DNA of 63,563 nucleotides, filler included, from Folioceros fuciformis (Eukaryota), in NCBI GenBank assembly GCA_049999805.1. It is 23 parts of 23 records of this genome, joined end to end, with 100 filler letters (N's around TTAATTAATTAA, not from the genome) between each part and the next. Parts side by side here need not be neighbours in the genome. Positions count along the whole stretch, not along the records: positions 10,624 to 13,836 come from JBNGIO010000630.1; positions 13,937 to 17,613 come from JBNGIO010000631.1; positions 17,714 to 24,085 come from JBNGIO010000632.1; positions 24,186 to 30,402 come from JBNGIO010000633.1; 19 more parts are not named here. One strand, 5' to 3'. Below are positions 11,074-24,462 of the stretch, in pieces. The notes beneath the pieces were generated by a model. It was not told where the DNA came from. It saw only the letters and a program-made list of their open reading frames with translations, and searched no databases. The translations under genes were made by a program, and so were the position numbers. Each line of letters opens with the position of its first letter. The first letter of the stretch is position 1.

Positions 11074-13836
11074 TGGTATCAGAGCAACTTTGATCATGAG
11101 CAATCTGGCCAACACAATTAGTTGGATGCTCTATTTTCGGGATTTCCTCAATCCGGAATTTGCAAATTTGATAGCCGGTGCTATGAAGGGAATTCTCGCA
11201 CGCTGCCATGCCGAGGAGAGGTGTTTACCTGCAGAGGTGAGTGAAGCTCGCCTCACGCAGATTGTGGAGGGTCGGCGCCTGAGTGTTGGGAAGACGGGAG
11301 CATCCCTCTTCGGAGAATGCAAGGAGTGCTGCTGTGAAGCCATGGACATGCGCCCGCAGGATTTTCACCGACGTCACAACCCCTGCAGAAGACCTCGACC
11401 TGGACGGAACGCTTCCGGAAGACAAGGGCAACAGCCGTTGCTCAGTGAATCTCTGACCTTCCATGTACATCAAGATCCGACTATAAGAATTGTGCGGGAG
11501 AGACCCCACCAGTGCGTGTTTTCAAAGTTTCATCACGGAGAGTCTCCTATCCCACTTTCCAACACACAAGGAGACAACGCCCTGCTGTCAACGTACCTCT
11601 GTCCTCTACATCACCAGTACTTGGCGAAGTTCGAGACCTCACTGACACCTTGGCGACGTTCATTTCATCTGCCTTTAAGTGTTTCCAGCAATTAGGAGAT
11701 CTGTTGGATAACTTGCAGCAACATCTGCATGGAGTTGACGTCCACCTGTGTAGTCTGGACTTGCGTCTTCTTGTGACACTACAAAATGAGCATGTAAGAA
11801 AAACTAACAATGCTAAACTCTATGTACTTGAAATAGGCAGCACGAGCAAAGAAATGAGAAATGCCGAACCTAAAGGTGTGCCGGCGGCTCTCCATTCACT
11901 TCCATGAATGCAAACCGGTGAACGTGATGTTGTCTCGTAGCTAATTGACCAGTCACTAGAAGGAGATTTTCTAGATGGGATAGCATCGCTGTTCAACATG
12001 GCCGACATCAGCAATGACTTTGACGTTGATCGGCAAAACAACAATAGAGATGGTGATCGACGAGACAACACTGACAGTGTTACAGCTTGATTCATCAAAA
12101 ACATGCAGCTTGTGCGGTTCGACTTCAAAGAAAAGGACAGGCTCACAAATGGTGCCAATTATGATGTGTGGAAGTTGCGGATGAAGGGGATCCTGCTAGA
12201 GCTCTCCCTGTGCGGTCACGTTTTTGGTGACCTGCCTCGTCCAGCTGACAAACTTGCACAAGCAGAAGGACAACTTTCAGACGACCAAGTTCTTCGGGAC
12301 TTCCTGGACATTTGTGCACAAAGTGCAATCAGACTCAAACTCACTGAGGAGATGGTAACTGCCACCTCGGCTACCACCACGTCAAAAGAAATGTGGGAGC
12401 ATCTTAGTATGGTTTACCATGGGAAGGACATGATGTCCAAGATGTCCGCAAGTGTGAAGTACTATAACATGAAAATGCGAGAAGGTGAACCTTTGGACCA
12501 GTTTGTTGGAAAGTTTAGAGTAGCGCGCCTTAAGTTGGAACAGTCTGGGACCCTTGTGAAAGAATTTGAAGCGTGTATGAGGCTATTATCTGCACTTCCA
12601 CCAAGCTACACAAATTTTGTCACTAGTCAAAATGCAGTTCTGAGACTAGCACAGTAGTTGGCTGTTGTGACAAAAATGAAGGAGGAGGACATACCTTCTC
12701 TAGATGTGAACGAACTTGTAGGTGCTCTAATGATGGAGGATGTGAGTAGGTAGACCCTTGCTGCTGCAAAAACACCCAGAGGGTAGGCGTTGTTCACGTC
12801 AAGGCCAAAAGGGCCACGAAAGGGACCTGGTGAACCCTACAAACCCAGAGGACTTGGATTGAGCTCTGCAAGCGAGGCATCATCCAGCAAGAAGAGGCAA
12901 GGCAACTGCAACTGGTGTGGGTTGCCTAATCATTAGGAGAGAGACTGCAGAAAGAAAAAGAATGGCGAACCTAGGCAGGTTCTGACTCTTGAGGCGAATA
13001 ATGTGGCCAAGAAGGAGAAGGCGACGACGTCTGTGCTGATGGTTTAAGTTTCCCCTCTCTCTGAGTCTCCCTCCCCCTCTAAAAGGTTAAGGCCTGCGCC
13101 ATCACAGGTCAGGAGCTCACCTAGAATCCTGACAGTCTGCTTATATGCAACAGAGTCACACACACCAAGTTGGTTCATAGATTCAAGGGCAACTGCACAC
13201 ATTTGCCATGATAGGTCTGCATTTTCTCAATACATCCTCCACTCTCTAAGTCACAGAATGTCTTGCTAGGGGATGACAGTGAGTTGCAGATTAGAGGTGT
13301 GGGTACTGTTACCTTAAGGTTGGAAAATGGCAGTAACTTGGTCTTGCACAACGTGTTGCATGTCCTTGCAATCACGAAAAACGTGGTGTCAGTGTGTCAG
13401 ATGGTACGCAGTAGAGAGCTAGAAGTAACATTCAAAAAGTCCATGTGCGTGATCAAAGAGTCAGGCAAACCCATTGCTGCAGGTCACCTGTCTCATGACC
13501 TGTTCCTTCTGAATGTCTCCAGTCTCCCGGTACCATCAACACAGCTGGCGGGGGTCAGGCCCAATGTATCCGATTCAGATGTGACCAAAATCTAGCACAT
13601 GCGCTTGGGGCATCCAAACCCTTGCAAGTTGAAAGACATGAGCACACATGACATCTATTCAGATGGAGTACCAACAAAGCTCACCTCTCTACCTTTTTGC
13701 GAGGCCTGCGTGTATGGGAAGCACCACAAAACTGCGTTCCCAAAGGGAGGAGGCACGAGAGCAACTAAGGTCCTGCAGCTGGTGCATGTAGACTTGTGCG
13801 GGCCAGTCTCAACACCCTCTTTTGGAGGAGGGGTGT
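11074..13836 (+). mobile_element. Ty1/copia internal region: PBS, extra 5' ORF (11096-11907, frameshifted), gag, protease, integrase start; degenerate
   Basis: gag RFDFKEKDRLTNGANYDVW at 12103; CNWC knuckle; WFIDS; FCEACVYGKHH, LQLVHVDLCGP. Confidence 0.9.
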
Positions 13837-13936
13837 NNNNNNNNNNNNNNNNNNNNNNNNNNNNNNNNNNNNNNNNNNNNTTAATTAATTAANNNNNNNN
13901 NNNNNNNNNNNNNNNNNNNNNNNNNNNNNNNNNNNN

Positions 13937-15497
13937 AAAGAGTGTCTTATATACATAAGTTGTTTAACTCTAAGTGACCTTTCATTATACAACCCTAATT
14001 ACTTAACCTGTGACCGTGGTTGTATACAACCCCAGCGGGTCATTCCTAATGGGGTTTAACACACCTCCTTAACCACGTCGCTAGTTAGAAGTTGTAGGCA
14101 TTGTGTGCGAATCTTCAAGGTGATGAAGAGCTTCAGGGTCGTCTAGAGAGGACGGCCAAAGCAAAGTTGCCAGAGTGAGGTGAACGATTAGATGTAGGCA
14201 CTAAGCTTCATCCGTTTGGTCCCACTCCTAGTGATGTGAGCAATTGTCCATCAATGCTTTGTAGAAGAGAAGGGTAGATAGGAGCTGTAGTCCACCAAAC
14301 CTAGAGCTTACTTGTGGAAATTGTGCTTCTGTGTTGACAAACACTTGGTCAACAAGTCGGCAGTGTTCAGCACCGTTGGCACATGTTCAATCTGTATCAC
14401 CTTCCGCTCAACAGAGTGCCGAACAAAGTGGTGCTGAATTTCAATGTGCTTCGTCCGAGCATGAAAACGAGGGTTCTCAACCAAAGCAATTTTAGACATG
14501 TTGTCGCAATATAAAGTTGTAGGAATCTTTTGGTTGAAGTTCAGGCCGGCTAGGAATGATCATTCCCACTCTGCTTCTTTGGCTGACTCTGTCAAAGCCT
14601 TGTACTCAGCTTCAGTGGATGATAGAGCCATAGAAGCCTGCTTCTTCGAGCTCCAGTTCACGGCTGCTCCCGACAAGAGAAAGCAATAGGCAGACACACT
14701 CCTACGCTCATCTGAATCAATTCTCCAGTCAGCATCTGCATATCCAACCAAGGTGATATTCTGATCCATGCCTTGAAAGCATAGTCCATGTGTTGAAGTG
14801 CCCTTCAAGTAGCGGAGGATCCTTTTGACGGCGATCCAATGCTCCTAACCTAGCTTCTCCAAGAATTGGGAAACTGCACTAACAGCATGCTGAATATCTG
14901 GTCTTGTCCAACAGCTTATATAGTTCAAGCACCCTACAGCATGACGATATGGCACTTGGCTCATGAGTTCCTGATCTATGTCATCCTGTGGAGATTGGAG
15001 GGAAGTGAGCTTGGTCCCAACACAACGAGGTGTGCTGACGGGCTTTGCATCTTGCAGGTTGAAGCGGCGAATGGTCTCGTTGATATACTTGGTCTGGTGA
15101 AGGACAAGAGTGTGGTTAGCTCTATCTCTAAGGAGCTGAACTCCAAGAACAAAAGTGAGTTCTCCAATGTTCTTCATGTCATATTGCTTGTGCAGCATGG
15201 CCTTCACCTAATCCAGCAAATCCCTATTATTCGAAGCGAGGATTGCGTCATCAACATACAAAGCCAATATCACAATATATCCTCCTTTGCAATATACGTA
15301 GACGTTGGCATCTGCAGGGTTTTGGATGAAGCCAATGGACTTGAGGTACTCGTCGATACACTTGTACCACTCTCGAGCACTTTGCTTGAGTCCATATAGG
15401 GTCTTCTTCAATTTGCACACCCAATCTGGATGTTCCGAATCAACAAAGCCCTCAGGCTGGTCCATATAGATATCTTCCTCTAATTCTCCATAGAGGA
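13937..15497 (-). mobile_element. Ty1/copia 3' part: RT, RNase H, PPT (14062-14070) and 3' LTR start (14061)
   Basis: LYGELEEDIYMDQPEG, LYGLKQSAREW, LYVDDAIL, GYADADW, ALSSTEAEY, RTKHIEIQHHFVR; minus-strand AAGGAGGTG|TGTTAAAC. Confidence 0.92.
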
Positions 15498-15757
15498 TTG
15501 GAAATACAAATGATGAGCTCATAGTCGCAACAAGGCTTCTCTACGTATTTTCTTTCATTGTGAATATGCTCAGATTGGTGGGAGGTTGAGGTGTGGTTCA
15601 AGGCCTTTGCTCGGACAAGCGTATTATGATCACAAAACAAAGTGCTCTTTTTGGCTTAGAACACTCCTCAAGCAACCCACTCTTTATATATCAATGGTGG
15701 GGGTGGTTTGGAGCTCCTGCCTATATGGCTTTTAGTGCAATTGGACATCGATAGTCT

Positions 15758-15929
15758 ATAGTGATAAGCTTCCCTTGTCCACTAGGGCCCTGCTTTGGCA
15801 ATAGTGATAAGCTTCCCTTGTCCACTAGGGCCCTGCTTTGGCAATAGTGATAAGCTTCCCTTGTCCGCTAGGGCCCTGCTTTGGCAATAGTGATAAGCTT
15901 CCCTTGTCCACTAGGGCCCTGCTTTGGCA
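15758..15929. repeat. Tandem minisatellite, 4 x 43 bp
   Basis: atagtgataagcttcccttgtccactagggccctgctttggca repeated head-to-tail; one substitution in copy 3. Confidence 0.95.
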
Positions 15930-17713
15930 AGTTTGGAATAAGTACTAATTGCTGCAAAAGGACTTTCAGTTTAGGGTTTCTCGCCCCAAAAGGATTTAGG
16001 GTGAGGAACTCCCGCCACTTCAAGCGGAAAGACTGGAGGATGGCAAGTTTTCTTACAGGAAAAGGATCTCCTTGGAATCATACTTGCCCGTGGAGGAAGC
16101 GACACTCAGAGAGGGCTTAAAACTCAGTTCGATGCGCAACACCTGGCTCATGGTTCCAGTCACTTCTTCTTTGTCAGTTGGCTGACGATTATTTTTTAGA
16201 TCATCCCTTTTAGGGACGGCAGGACTGGCGCGGAGGCATTTCCCGGCCTTAGTATCCAGTGCTTTGTAACCTCCTCTGCAGCCGTGGCTGGCCTAATCTG
16301 AATTTTTTTCCAAAAAAAGAAGAAAAGATCATGGCTGTAACCTGACCGAGATCACAGCAGCAAGTTATTCAGCATGTAGTTGCGGAAGACTGAGCGCCAC
16401 CACAGCGTATCCGTGACACCTATAGAGTACCATATTTACACGAACAAGCTCATTGCAATCGACAAACTCTACAGGCTGCAACAATAAGCAATCTGTGTGT
16501 GCTCTTCAGCATAAACTTGAGCTAAGATCCAAGACAATTTGCTCCAGCTTGGACAACTTGCTTCAAATGGAATTTTTAATCCGAGGCTCCTCGAGGTGAA
16601 ACAGTAAACTTGCCGGGCTGGCCCAAGTAGGTAACTATCCACTTCAGAGCATGAACATTCATTCATGCCCAGACGAAAGCAATCATCGGCCTTGCGGTGC
16701 ATTTCAGCTTTACATTTATAGCCACATCGGTGGATTGGCTGCACTGACCTTGCGGCCTGAGAAGGCTGTATCGTCAGACAGTCGATCCACACCCACATTT
16801 GCTTTCCGTGCCATCTCGGCAGCATCCAAGTGCAGAATTCCACTGATAATCATTCCTTAGAATCATCAGCACAATCAGCCAGGAGCTTTGCACTGTCGGC
16901 ATTGACAACCCGGGTTGATCAGTAGCCTCCGTGTAGAACGCAAATTTTCTAGTAACTCTGAGAGCCCCAAGGCTGCTTATGTTATCAAGTTCTCCGACCT
17001 GCAGCAGAGTCACGACTACCGTTGGGATGGCAAGCGAAGGAAGATACACCTCGATAACTGAGGGAGACGGACAGCCAGACCGGCTCAACCCCGAGGGTTG
17101 ATCCCGACCTTGCACGCATGGACGATGACAAGCTCGATGTGAAAATTTCGATGTCACCATATCCTCAGCTGATCCTATGCTGTAGGAGAAACATAGCGCA
17201 GAAGCATACTCGAAATAATGTTCAGCCGTCACAAAATTTTACCGTACATAAGCGCAGAGACTTACCCTGGTTCTAGTAGATGAGGACTAAACCATGTTGA
17301 GAGATGTACACAAGGAACACGCTGAGTCTGAACGGCACACGTTCAAACCGCTATGCTCTAACGGGTATCGTCATCATGACAACTTTGAGGCAGTGACAGA
17401 GACCTTTGGTATAGCTCAGAACCAGATAGCCCGGATTCCAACCAGACACTTGAGCGTCAATTAAATGTATCACCAACTTCCGGTATTAAATTTCTCTGCC
17501 AGATTCAGCGACCACGGGTCCACCAAAATTATCTACTTGTACCTACAATGCTTTCGTCACCAACTTCGACCTCCTAACTACAGAGCACAGCTCGTTGATA
17601 CACAAACGCACACNNNNNNNNNNNNNNNNNNNNNNNNNNNNNNNNNNNNNNNNNNNNTTAATTAATTAANNNNNNNNNNNNNNNNNNNNNNNNNNNNNNN
17701 NNNNNNNNNNNNN

Positions 17714-17933
17714 GAACCCCCTATCTTTCGTTTATATTGTTGCGGAGGCCTAAGTGCGGGGAGCCTGTTCTAGAACCCCCTATCTTTCGTTTATATTGTT
17801 GCGAGGCCTAAGTGCGGGGAGCCTGTTCTAGAACCCCCTATCTTTCGTTTATATTGTTGCGGAGGCCTAAGTGCGGGGAGCCTGTTCTAGAACCCCCTAT
17901 CTTTTATTTATATTGTTGCGGAGGCCTAAGTGC
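17714..17933. repeat. Tandem minisatellite, at least 3.7 x 59 bp (runs into gap)
   Basis: gaaccccctatctttcgtttatattgttgcggaggcctaagtgcggggagcctgttcta. Confidence 0.95.
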
Positions 17934-18128
17934 CTTGCCTTTCCTAGACATACTAGGATGCATGTTTTTTTCTATTTTTCGTTTTTCATCAATTTGGATT
18001 TGCTCTCAACTGATGGATTGGGTCCATGCTATCTTCTACAGATCTATGGAGGGGGTCACCGAGAGGTCGTACACTACTCAACAACAGATGCCCAACCATA
18101 ATGCAAAGATAGTTATAAAAGAAGACCA

Positions 18129-18373
18129 GCTCTGATACCATGTTAAAATCCTAGCAGTAGGATTGCATCTAATCTAACATGATCAAGATGCAATGCTCAG
18201 AGAGATATTTCGTGTTAGTCTCTTAAAAGGTGTATACAAAATGTGTCTTAAATAGTGTCACTGAGTGTATCTTCCAAAGGCACACCCATTCATAATAATT
18301 AACTACTATTAATTATGGTCTACGATAACTAGCTAGTCAATAAGGTTACGGGCAAATTATCCATTCCGTAACA
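18129..18373 (-). mobile_element. LTR (18141-18373, 233 bp) plus tRNA-Met PBS of a minus-strand element inserted in gypsy gag
   Basis: gctctgatacca (18129-18140) is the reverse complement of the PBS; TGTTA...TAACA termini. Confidence 0.85.
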
Positions 18374-21300
18374 AAAGCAATGGTCAGACGTCTACAGATG
18401 ATGAGGTATGAACACTGGGAGCGTCAACGAGGTCAATCGAGTGGGGATGTACAAGGAGGAGAAGAGTACCTATTCAAACCGAAGCACCAGCTCGACAAGG
18501 AGTTGCAACGGAAAATCAAGACCACAACGTTTGACGGAAGTGCCAAAGATGCTCAAAGTGTGCATGACTAGTTGGACAAACTCATCAAGTACCTTGCAGC
18601 CTCCGATAAAGATGATCTGCAAAAGATCCAGTTCTGTGTGATGTCGCTTGAAGGATATGCCTATCGTTGGTGGTGCAAGAGAGAGAAACAGGTGGATCTC
18701 GGCATGGAGCCGCCTGTGTACTCTAGGCTAGTTCTCAAGCAACTTTTCTTGGAACGGTTCCTACCAGTGAATCATCGCAAGGATTTGTATCAACAATTTC
18801 GAAAGATATTCCAACAAGGCAACGTACAAGAGTATTGTAATAAGTTTCTCCAACTTACACTTGACATAGCCAGGTTGGATGAGGAGCAGAAAATCAAAAA
18901 ATTCATCAACGGATTGAAATTCGAAATGAGAGCAGATGTGAGCCAAATGAACCCAGCAACTTTGGTCGAAGCGATGTGAGTAGCCATCAATTATGGTACA
19001 AACAAATACAAACACCTCTCTTCTGCAGGTCCCTCCAAGGCTAAGTGGAACAAGGCAGCTTACGCATCAGAAAAGAAGCCAACTTTCAAAATCCTTACGG
19101 AGGAAGAGAAGAGGGAATACAGCGAGAAGAGGAAGTGTTTCACTTGCATGGCTCAAGACCACGGTTCAAAGAACTGCCCTTTCCGCAAGGACTTCATCAA
19201 CTAGTTGAGAGAAATCGGGAAGACCACCAGAGTGAGCCAACCTACCCCAAACCCTCCCAAGAGTGGACATGCCATCAACACAACCGAGGTGAGTACCTCT
19301 GCCATAGTAGCATCAATCTTAGGAAAGTCCAATGTCCAAGAGGGTTACCTAACCCACGTGCCCATCAAACTAGAGGTTGGTCTAGAAGGTGCCCAAGCCA
19401 CAGCCCTGCTGGACTCTGGTGCCAGTCATCACTATGTGTCTAGAACCGCTGCTGAAAAGGTTGGTCTGTAGATCCGCACCTTTGGGCAAGTGTCCACAGT
19501 AGTGACAGCATTAGGCGAGCATGAAACCAGCAAAGAAGAGTGAACAGATGCACTAATCACCTTCCCGGGGTTTTGCAGAAGTCTTCAAGCTGACTGTAAT
19601 GCTGTCCTTGTGTCATGACATCATTATTGGTAAACCCTGGCTGGCAAAGCATACCCATACATTAGAAATGGATTGGTTGTCTAATGTAGTGAGTCTCACA
19701 AAAGGAGACAAGACGTACACCATGCAAGGTGAACAATATACACCAGACAAACAATTGTTTGCAGTATCTGCTTTCAATAAAGCTACTGCCTCTAGCAGGT
19801 TCATGTACGTAGCAAAGCTGAAAAGAGTCTTACCCCTAGAGGGAGCCCCAGAGTCCAGAGCTGCAGAAGCCAAGGCTCATGAGGAACTCCTACCACCCGC
19901 CATGAGGTCACTGCTATAGGAGTTCCATGATGTGTTCACCGAACCAGCAGAACTCCCCCCTAGACGCCCTCTCGACCATGTCATAGAGCTACTGCTAGGC
20001 CATAAGCCCATTAGTATCCAACCATACCATACATCAGCTGATGAAAACGAAGAGATCAAGAAACAAGTAGATGAACTTTTACAGAAAGGTTTTGTACGCC
20101 CTTCAGTGTCACCTTTTGGAGCTCCAGTCCTTCTTGTTGGCAAGCCACATGGTGGTTGGCGATTATGCATTGACTATCGAGGGCTCAATCGGGCCACAAT
20201 CAGAAATGTATACTAGATGCCGAGAATTGATGAGATCGTGGACCAATTTCATGGTGCAAAGTGGTTTACCAAGATTGATATGAGATCCGGCTTCCACCAG
20301 ATCCGGATCAAGGAAGGGGATGAATCTAAAACAGCCTTCCGCACAAGACATGGACACTTTGAGTTCAGGGTCATGCCGTTTGGCCTGCCCTGCAACATTC
20401 CAATGTCTCATGCAGGACATCTTACAACCATTGTTGGGGCACGGCGTGGAAGTATTCCTTGACGACATCCTCATATACACACTTGATCCAAAGACACATT
20501 ACAACTTGGTTAGGAAGGTACTCGAGCTGCTACGTGCAAACAAGTTGTTAGCCAAGAGAAGTAAGTGTGTCTTCATGAGGCAGGATTGTGAATACCAGGG
20601 TCACATAATCAATGTAACAAGTATCCGGGTAGATCCCCGTAAAGTCAAAGCCGTGGTAGACTGGCCCCTACCTCAGGATATCACACAACTACGTGGGTTC
20701 TTAGGCATGGCCGGCTTTTACCGCCGCTTTATCTAGGGTTTCAGTAAAATTGCTGTTCCCCTGACGGATGCCCTCAAGCACCCAATTAACAAACCCCTAC
20801 AATTGGGGCCAGAGGCAGTCAAGGCATTTGAACAGCTAAAGCAAGCCCTTAGTTCGGCTCCCGTGCTGGTAGTGGTAGACCCCCAGGCTCCATACATCCT
20901 GCACACACATGCATCGGATTTTGCTATGGGTGCAGTATTGTCACAACAGGGTTGAGCTATTGCCTACGAATTCAAGAAGTTGCAAGGGGCACAGCTGAAT
21001 TATGGTGTACATGATAAAGAAATGTTGGCAAATCACCCACGCTCTCAAGGTGTGGAGGCATTACCTCTTAGGCTAGAAGGTGGTGTGTCACACAGACCAC
21101 CACTCCTTACAACATTTCCTTTCGCAACCCAACCTCAACTCCAGATAGCGCAGGTGGGCCGAATACCTGGCGGATTTCGACCTCGAGATCAAGTATGTTA
21201 CCGGGACTTCTAATGTGGTCACAGATGCCTTGAGCAGGAGGGCCTGCACACTCATGACCACACAGTCCCAAATAGTTCAGTAAGTACGGGATGGAGTGCC

Positions 21301-23284
21301 TATGCAGATGCAATAGCAAGAATTCCCACAACACTTACCCAACTCTATTCCCTCAAGGATGCCTATGTTTACCGCAAGGGCCGGTTGGTCATCCCATCCC
21401 AGCTCACTGCGGTCAAGCAGGCCATTCTCCATGATATGCATGATTACCCGATCTCAGGGCACTTGGGTATTGACAAAACCTATGTCAAGGTCCAGGAACA
21501 TTTTCACTGGGAAGGCATGCGCTCAGATTGCATAGAGCGGGTGCACTCTTGCCAGTCTTGCCAACAAGCCAAACCTAGCCATCAGAAACACCCAGGCCTA
21601 CTCCAACCCCTATAAATCCCCAGCGGCCGTTTCCGGTCAATAGCCATGGACTTTATTACACACCTGTTACGTACCCGTTTTGGTAAAGACAACATCTGGG
21701 TGGTGATAGATAGGTTCTCCAAGGTCTGCCATTTCATCCCAGTCACCTCGACCATCACTACCCCCAAACTAGCCACTCTTTTTTTGTCCGTGAAATCTTT
21801 CGATTACACAGGAGACCAGAGGACATTGTGTCAGACCGAGATGCGAAATTCACCTCCGGGTTTTTGCGAAACTTCATGGACACCCTGGGCATCAAACAGA
21901 ACATGTCTTTAGCTTATCACCTAGAGACAGACGGCCAGACAGAGAAGCAGAACCAGGTGTTAGAAGACATGCTTCGCCATTTCACACATAAGAAACAGAC
22001 GAAGTGGGAGGAGCTCCTTCCCTTGTTGGAGTATGCGTACAACTCCTCGAAGCATGCGGTCACAAGGGTTACTCCCTTCAAACTCCTGGATGGTGAGACG
22101 CCCCCACCCCCAGGCTTATGGCCCAATTGCCAGGACAAGTGGCGAAGCGCTGCCAAAATCGACGAGGATATCTGGCACGAGGTAAAGATGGCTTGACACA
22201 AATTCCAAGCATCACAAGACCGGATCTGCATCACAGCTAACCGTCACCGCCGCGACGTCAGCTATGCCGTTGGCTAGTTTGTTTGGCTCCGAGTCAAGCC
22301 TCATAGGTATCCTGACATGATTCAGAAACGCAGCAAACTCACTTACCGCTTTGCAGGGCCTTTCGGGGTGTCGAAACGCGTCAACAAGGAGTGGTACTAG
22401 CTTGAGTTGCCCGTCAATTGGCGCCTCTACCGTACATTCCATGTGTCCCTGTTCAAACCATTAATCCACCGCCGTGCTGAGCTTTCCACACTACTTATAC
22501 CAGCCATCAATGAGTCTGTACCAATAACCAGCCAACCCTCATTTCCTCCTTCCAAAACCAGCACATAGATTCCAATTCCTTCTCCGGAGGCCAGCCACAG
22601 ATTTCCCTCCGAAACCCCCCCCGATGGTATCGCCCATTCCCCACCAACCGACCCGCATCCTCCAGCATTGAGACCGGCACGTACGGCACCGACACATCCG
22701 TGACTTCCTACTTGCGTGGGAGGGCGAGCCCGATTCAATGGCGACATGGGAGCTCGAGGATTTCTGTCTACAATTCCCCTATCTGCGCGCACAAATCCCA
22801 GAAGGCCAGGAGGACCCGGCCCAGCAAGTGTGGGAGAATGAAACAACCAATGATAAGCAGGCCACTCAGGTCATCCACCGCACAACCATGGAGCCGATGC
22901 TACCATGACCAGGTAGCGGGAACCCTATGAAATACACGTATTTTCCCTTGTATAATCAGCTGATATAAAATGATAAATAACTAAATAGATAAATAGCAGT
23001 AAATAAGATAGCCTGATAACCAAAAGACGTTGTACCAGTAAAACCCCAAGAAATAGGGTAGCTAGACGGGCAGACATAGCCTTCTTGGCTCTGCTCACAC
23101 ACATGTATTTGTAGCCATTCCGAACGTAGAAAAAACGTCCATTCCCTGAAGCTTGAAACTAGAGCTGCCCTGTAACAGTCAAAGTCATGGAAAGGTCTTG
23201 CCTCTTGAAAGGATTTTTTGTGTTTTTTTAATGTGTGCTTTTCCTCTCTTCTTCTCAAGTAGTCGTGGTTCTCAACTAGTTTCG
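18374..23284 (+). mobile_element. Ty3/gypsy chromovirus (gag, PR, RT, RNase H, integrase, chromodomain, PPT, 3' LTR), degenerate
   Basis: Gag with CFTC-x4-H-x4-C knuckle; [56 protein letters not shown]; chromodomain RILQH*DR...FLLAWEGEPDSMATWE (about 22654-22790); PPT GTGGGAGAA then TGAAAC at 22839 (LTR end approximate). Confidence 0.92.
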
Positions 23285-24462
23285 GTTATTGTTCTTACAA
23301 TAGTAACTCATATGCACAATAGTCTTAACACAGTTAGTAATTACAGACTAACCCGCTGCCCTGGTCATAAAACTTGAGTTAGAGTAATTATGCCGTGAAT
23401 GTGGCTTATGCACATCTCCATCCTACAAGGAAACCCGCTCCTGCTGGCCTTCAATAACCACTCACACCATCAATGTCGGTGTAGGGCACACTAGCCTCAT
23501 TATAGCTGCATGTAGTATAGACCTTGCATTGCGGGATTGGTGTGCACAATAAGCACTAAATGGTTGCAACACGAGCTATTCCACTTAATATGTGAGTGCT
23601 CACATTGATTGGTCTGTATCCGAATTCTCTTTATGAGTAATAATACCCAATCCATTGTGTGAACCTCTAAAGTTTGGGGTAGTGGGTTGTTTTGGTTGAA
23701 AAAGGTTTAATAGTGGTATGGTTTGGTTTTCTTTTTCAACTTATTTTTCCTAATTTTCCTTTATTTTCTGGTCATTTTTCCTATTTCTCTTTGTGCTAAT
23801 TGGGTTAATTGACCAGGAAATAGTGGGTTTGGTTATAAGAGTGGGTATAGGTTTGGTCCCAGAGCTGGGAAGGTTTAGGTTCGGTACCATGCCATAGGGT
23901 TGGGTGATTAGTTTAATATTAATTAAAGATATATAATATTAAATAATTAAATAATAATATAATAATATTAAAATAATATAATAATGGTTTGAACATAGGA
24001 ACGGGTATCTGGGTATGTCAGTGTCAGGGGTCAAGGTCTGACGATAGGCTGGCTGATTGCTTGGCTGGCATGAACGGCCATGGAGNNNNNNNNNNNNNNN
24101 NNNNNNNNNNNNNNNNNNNNNNNNNNNNNTTAATTAATTAANNNNNNNNNNNNNNNNNNNNNNNNNNNNNNNNNNNNNNNNNNNNTCACGTCCCCTCGCT
24201 TGGGCAAGCCTGCTGACTTTGTATGCACCGCTCGCGTGAACCTAATGTATCTTGCATTCTACTTCTGCGTGCATGTGATTGCTCTATCTCCTACATGCCA
24301 TATTGCGATATGGTATCAGTGCACATCGCAACTTCTTGAATTGCACTACATTCTTGTTTTCAGCCTTGGAGAATGCACCATGTGTGCTGCATGTCTTCAA
24401 AAAGTGCAAACCAGGAAGCTGGCGTCTAGGAGAGAGGACCCCTTTTTCTGGAGAGCCTCAAC

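Noticed and set aside
15758-15929. 43-bp, 59-bp (17714) and 27-bp (59955) repeats as CRISPR arrays
   Set aside because: Head-to-tail units without unique spacers, no cas genes, eukaryotic context
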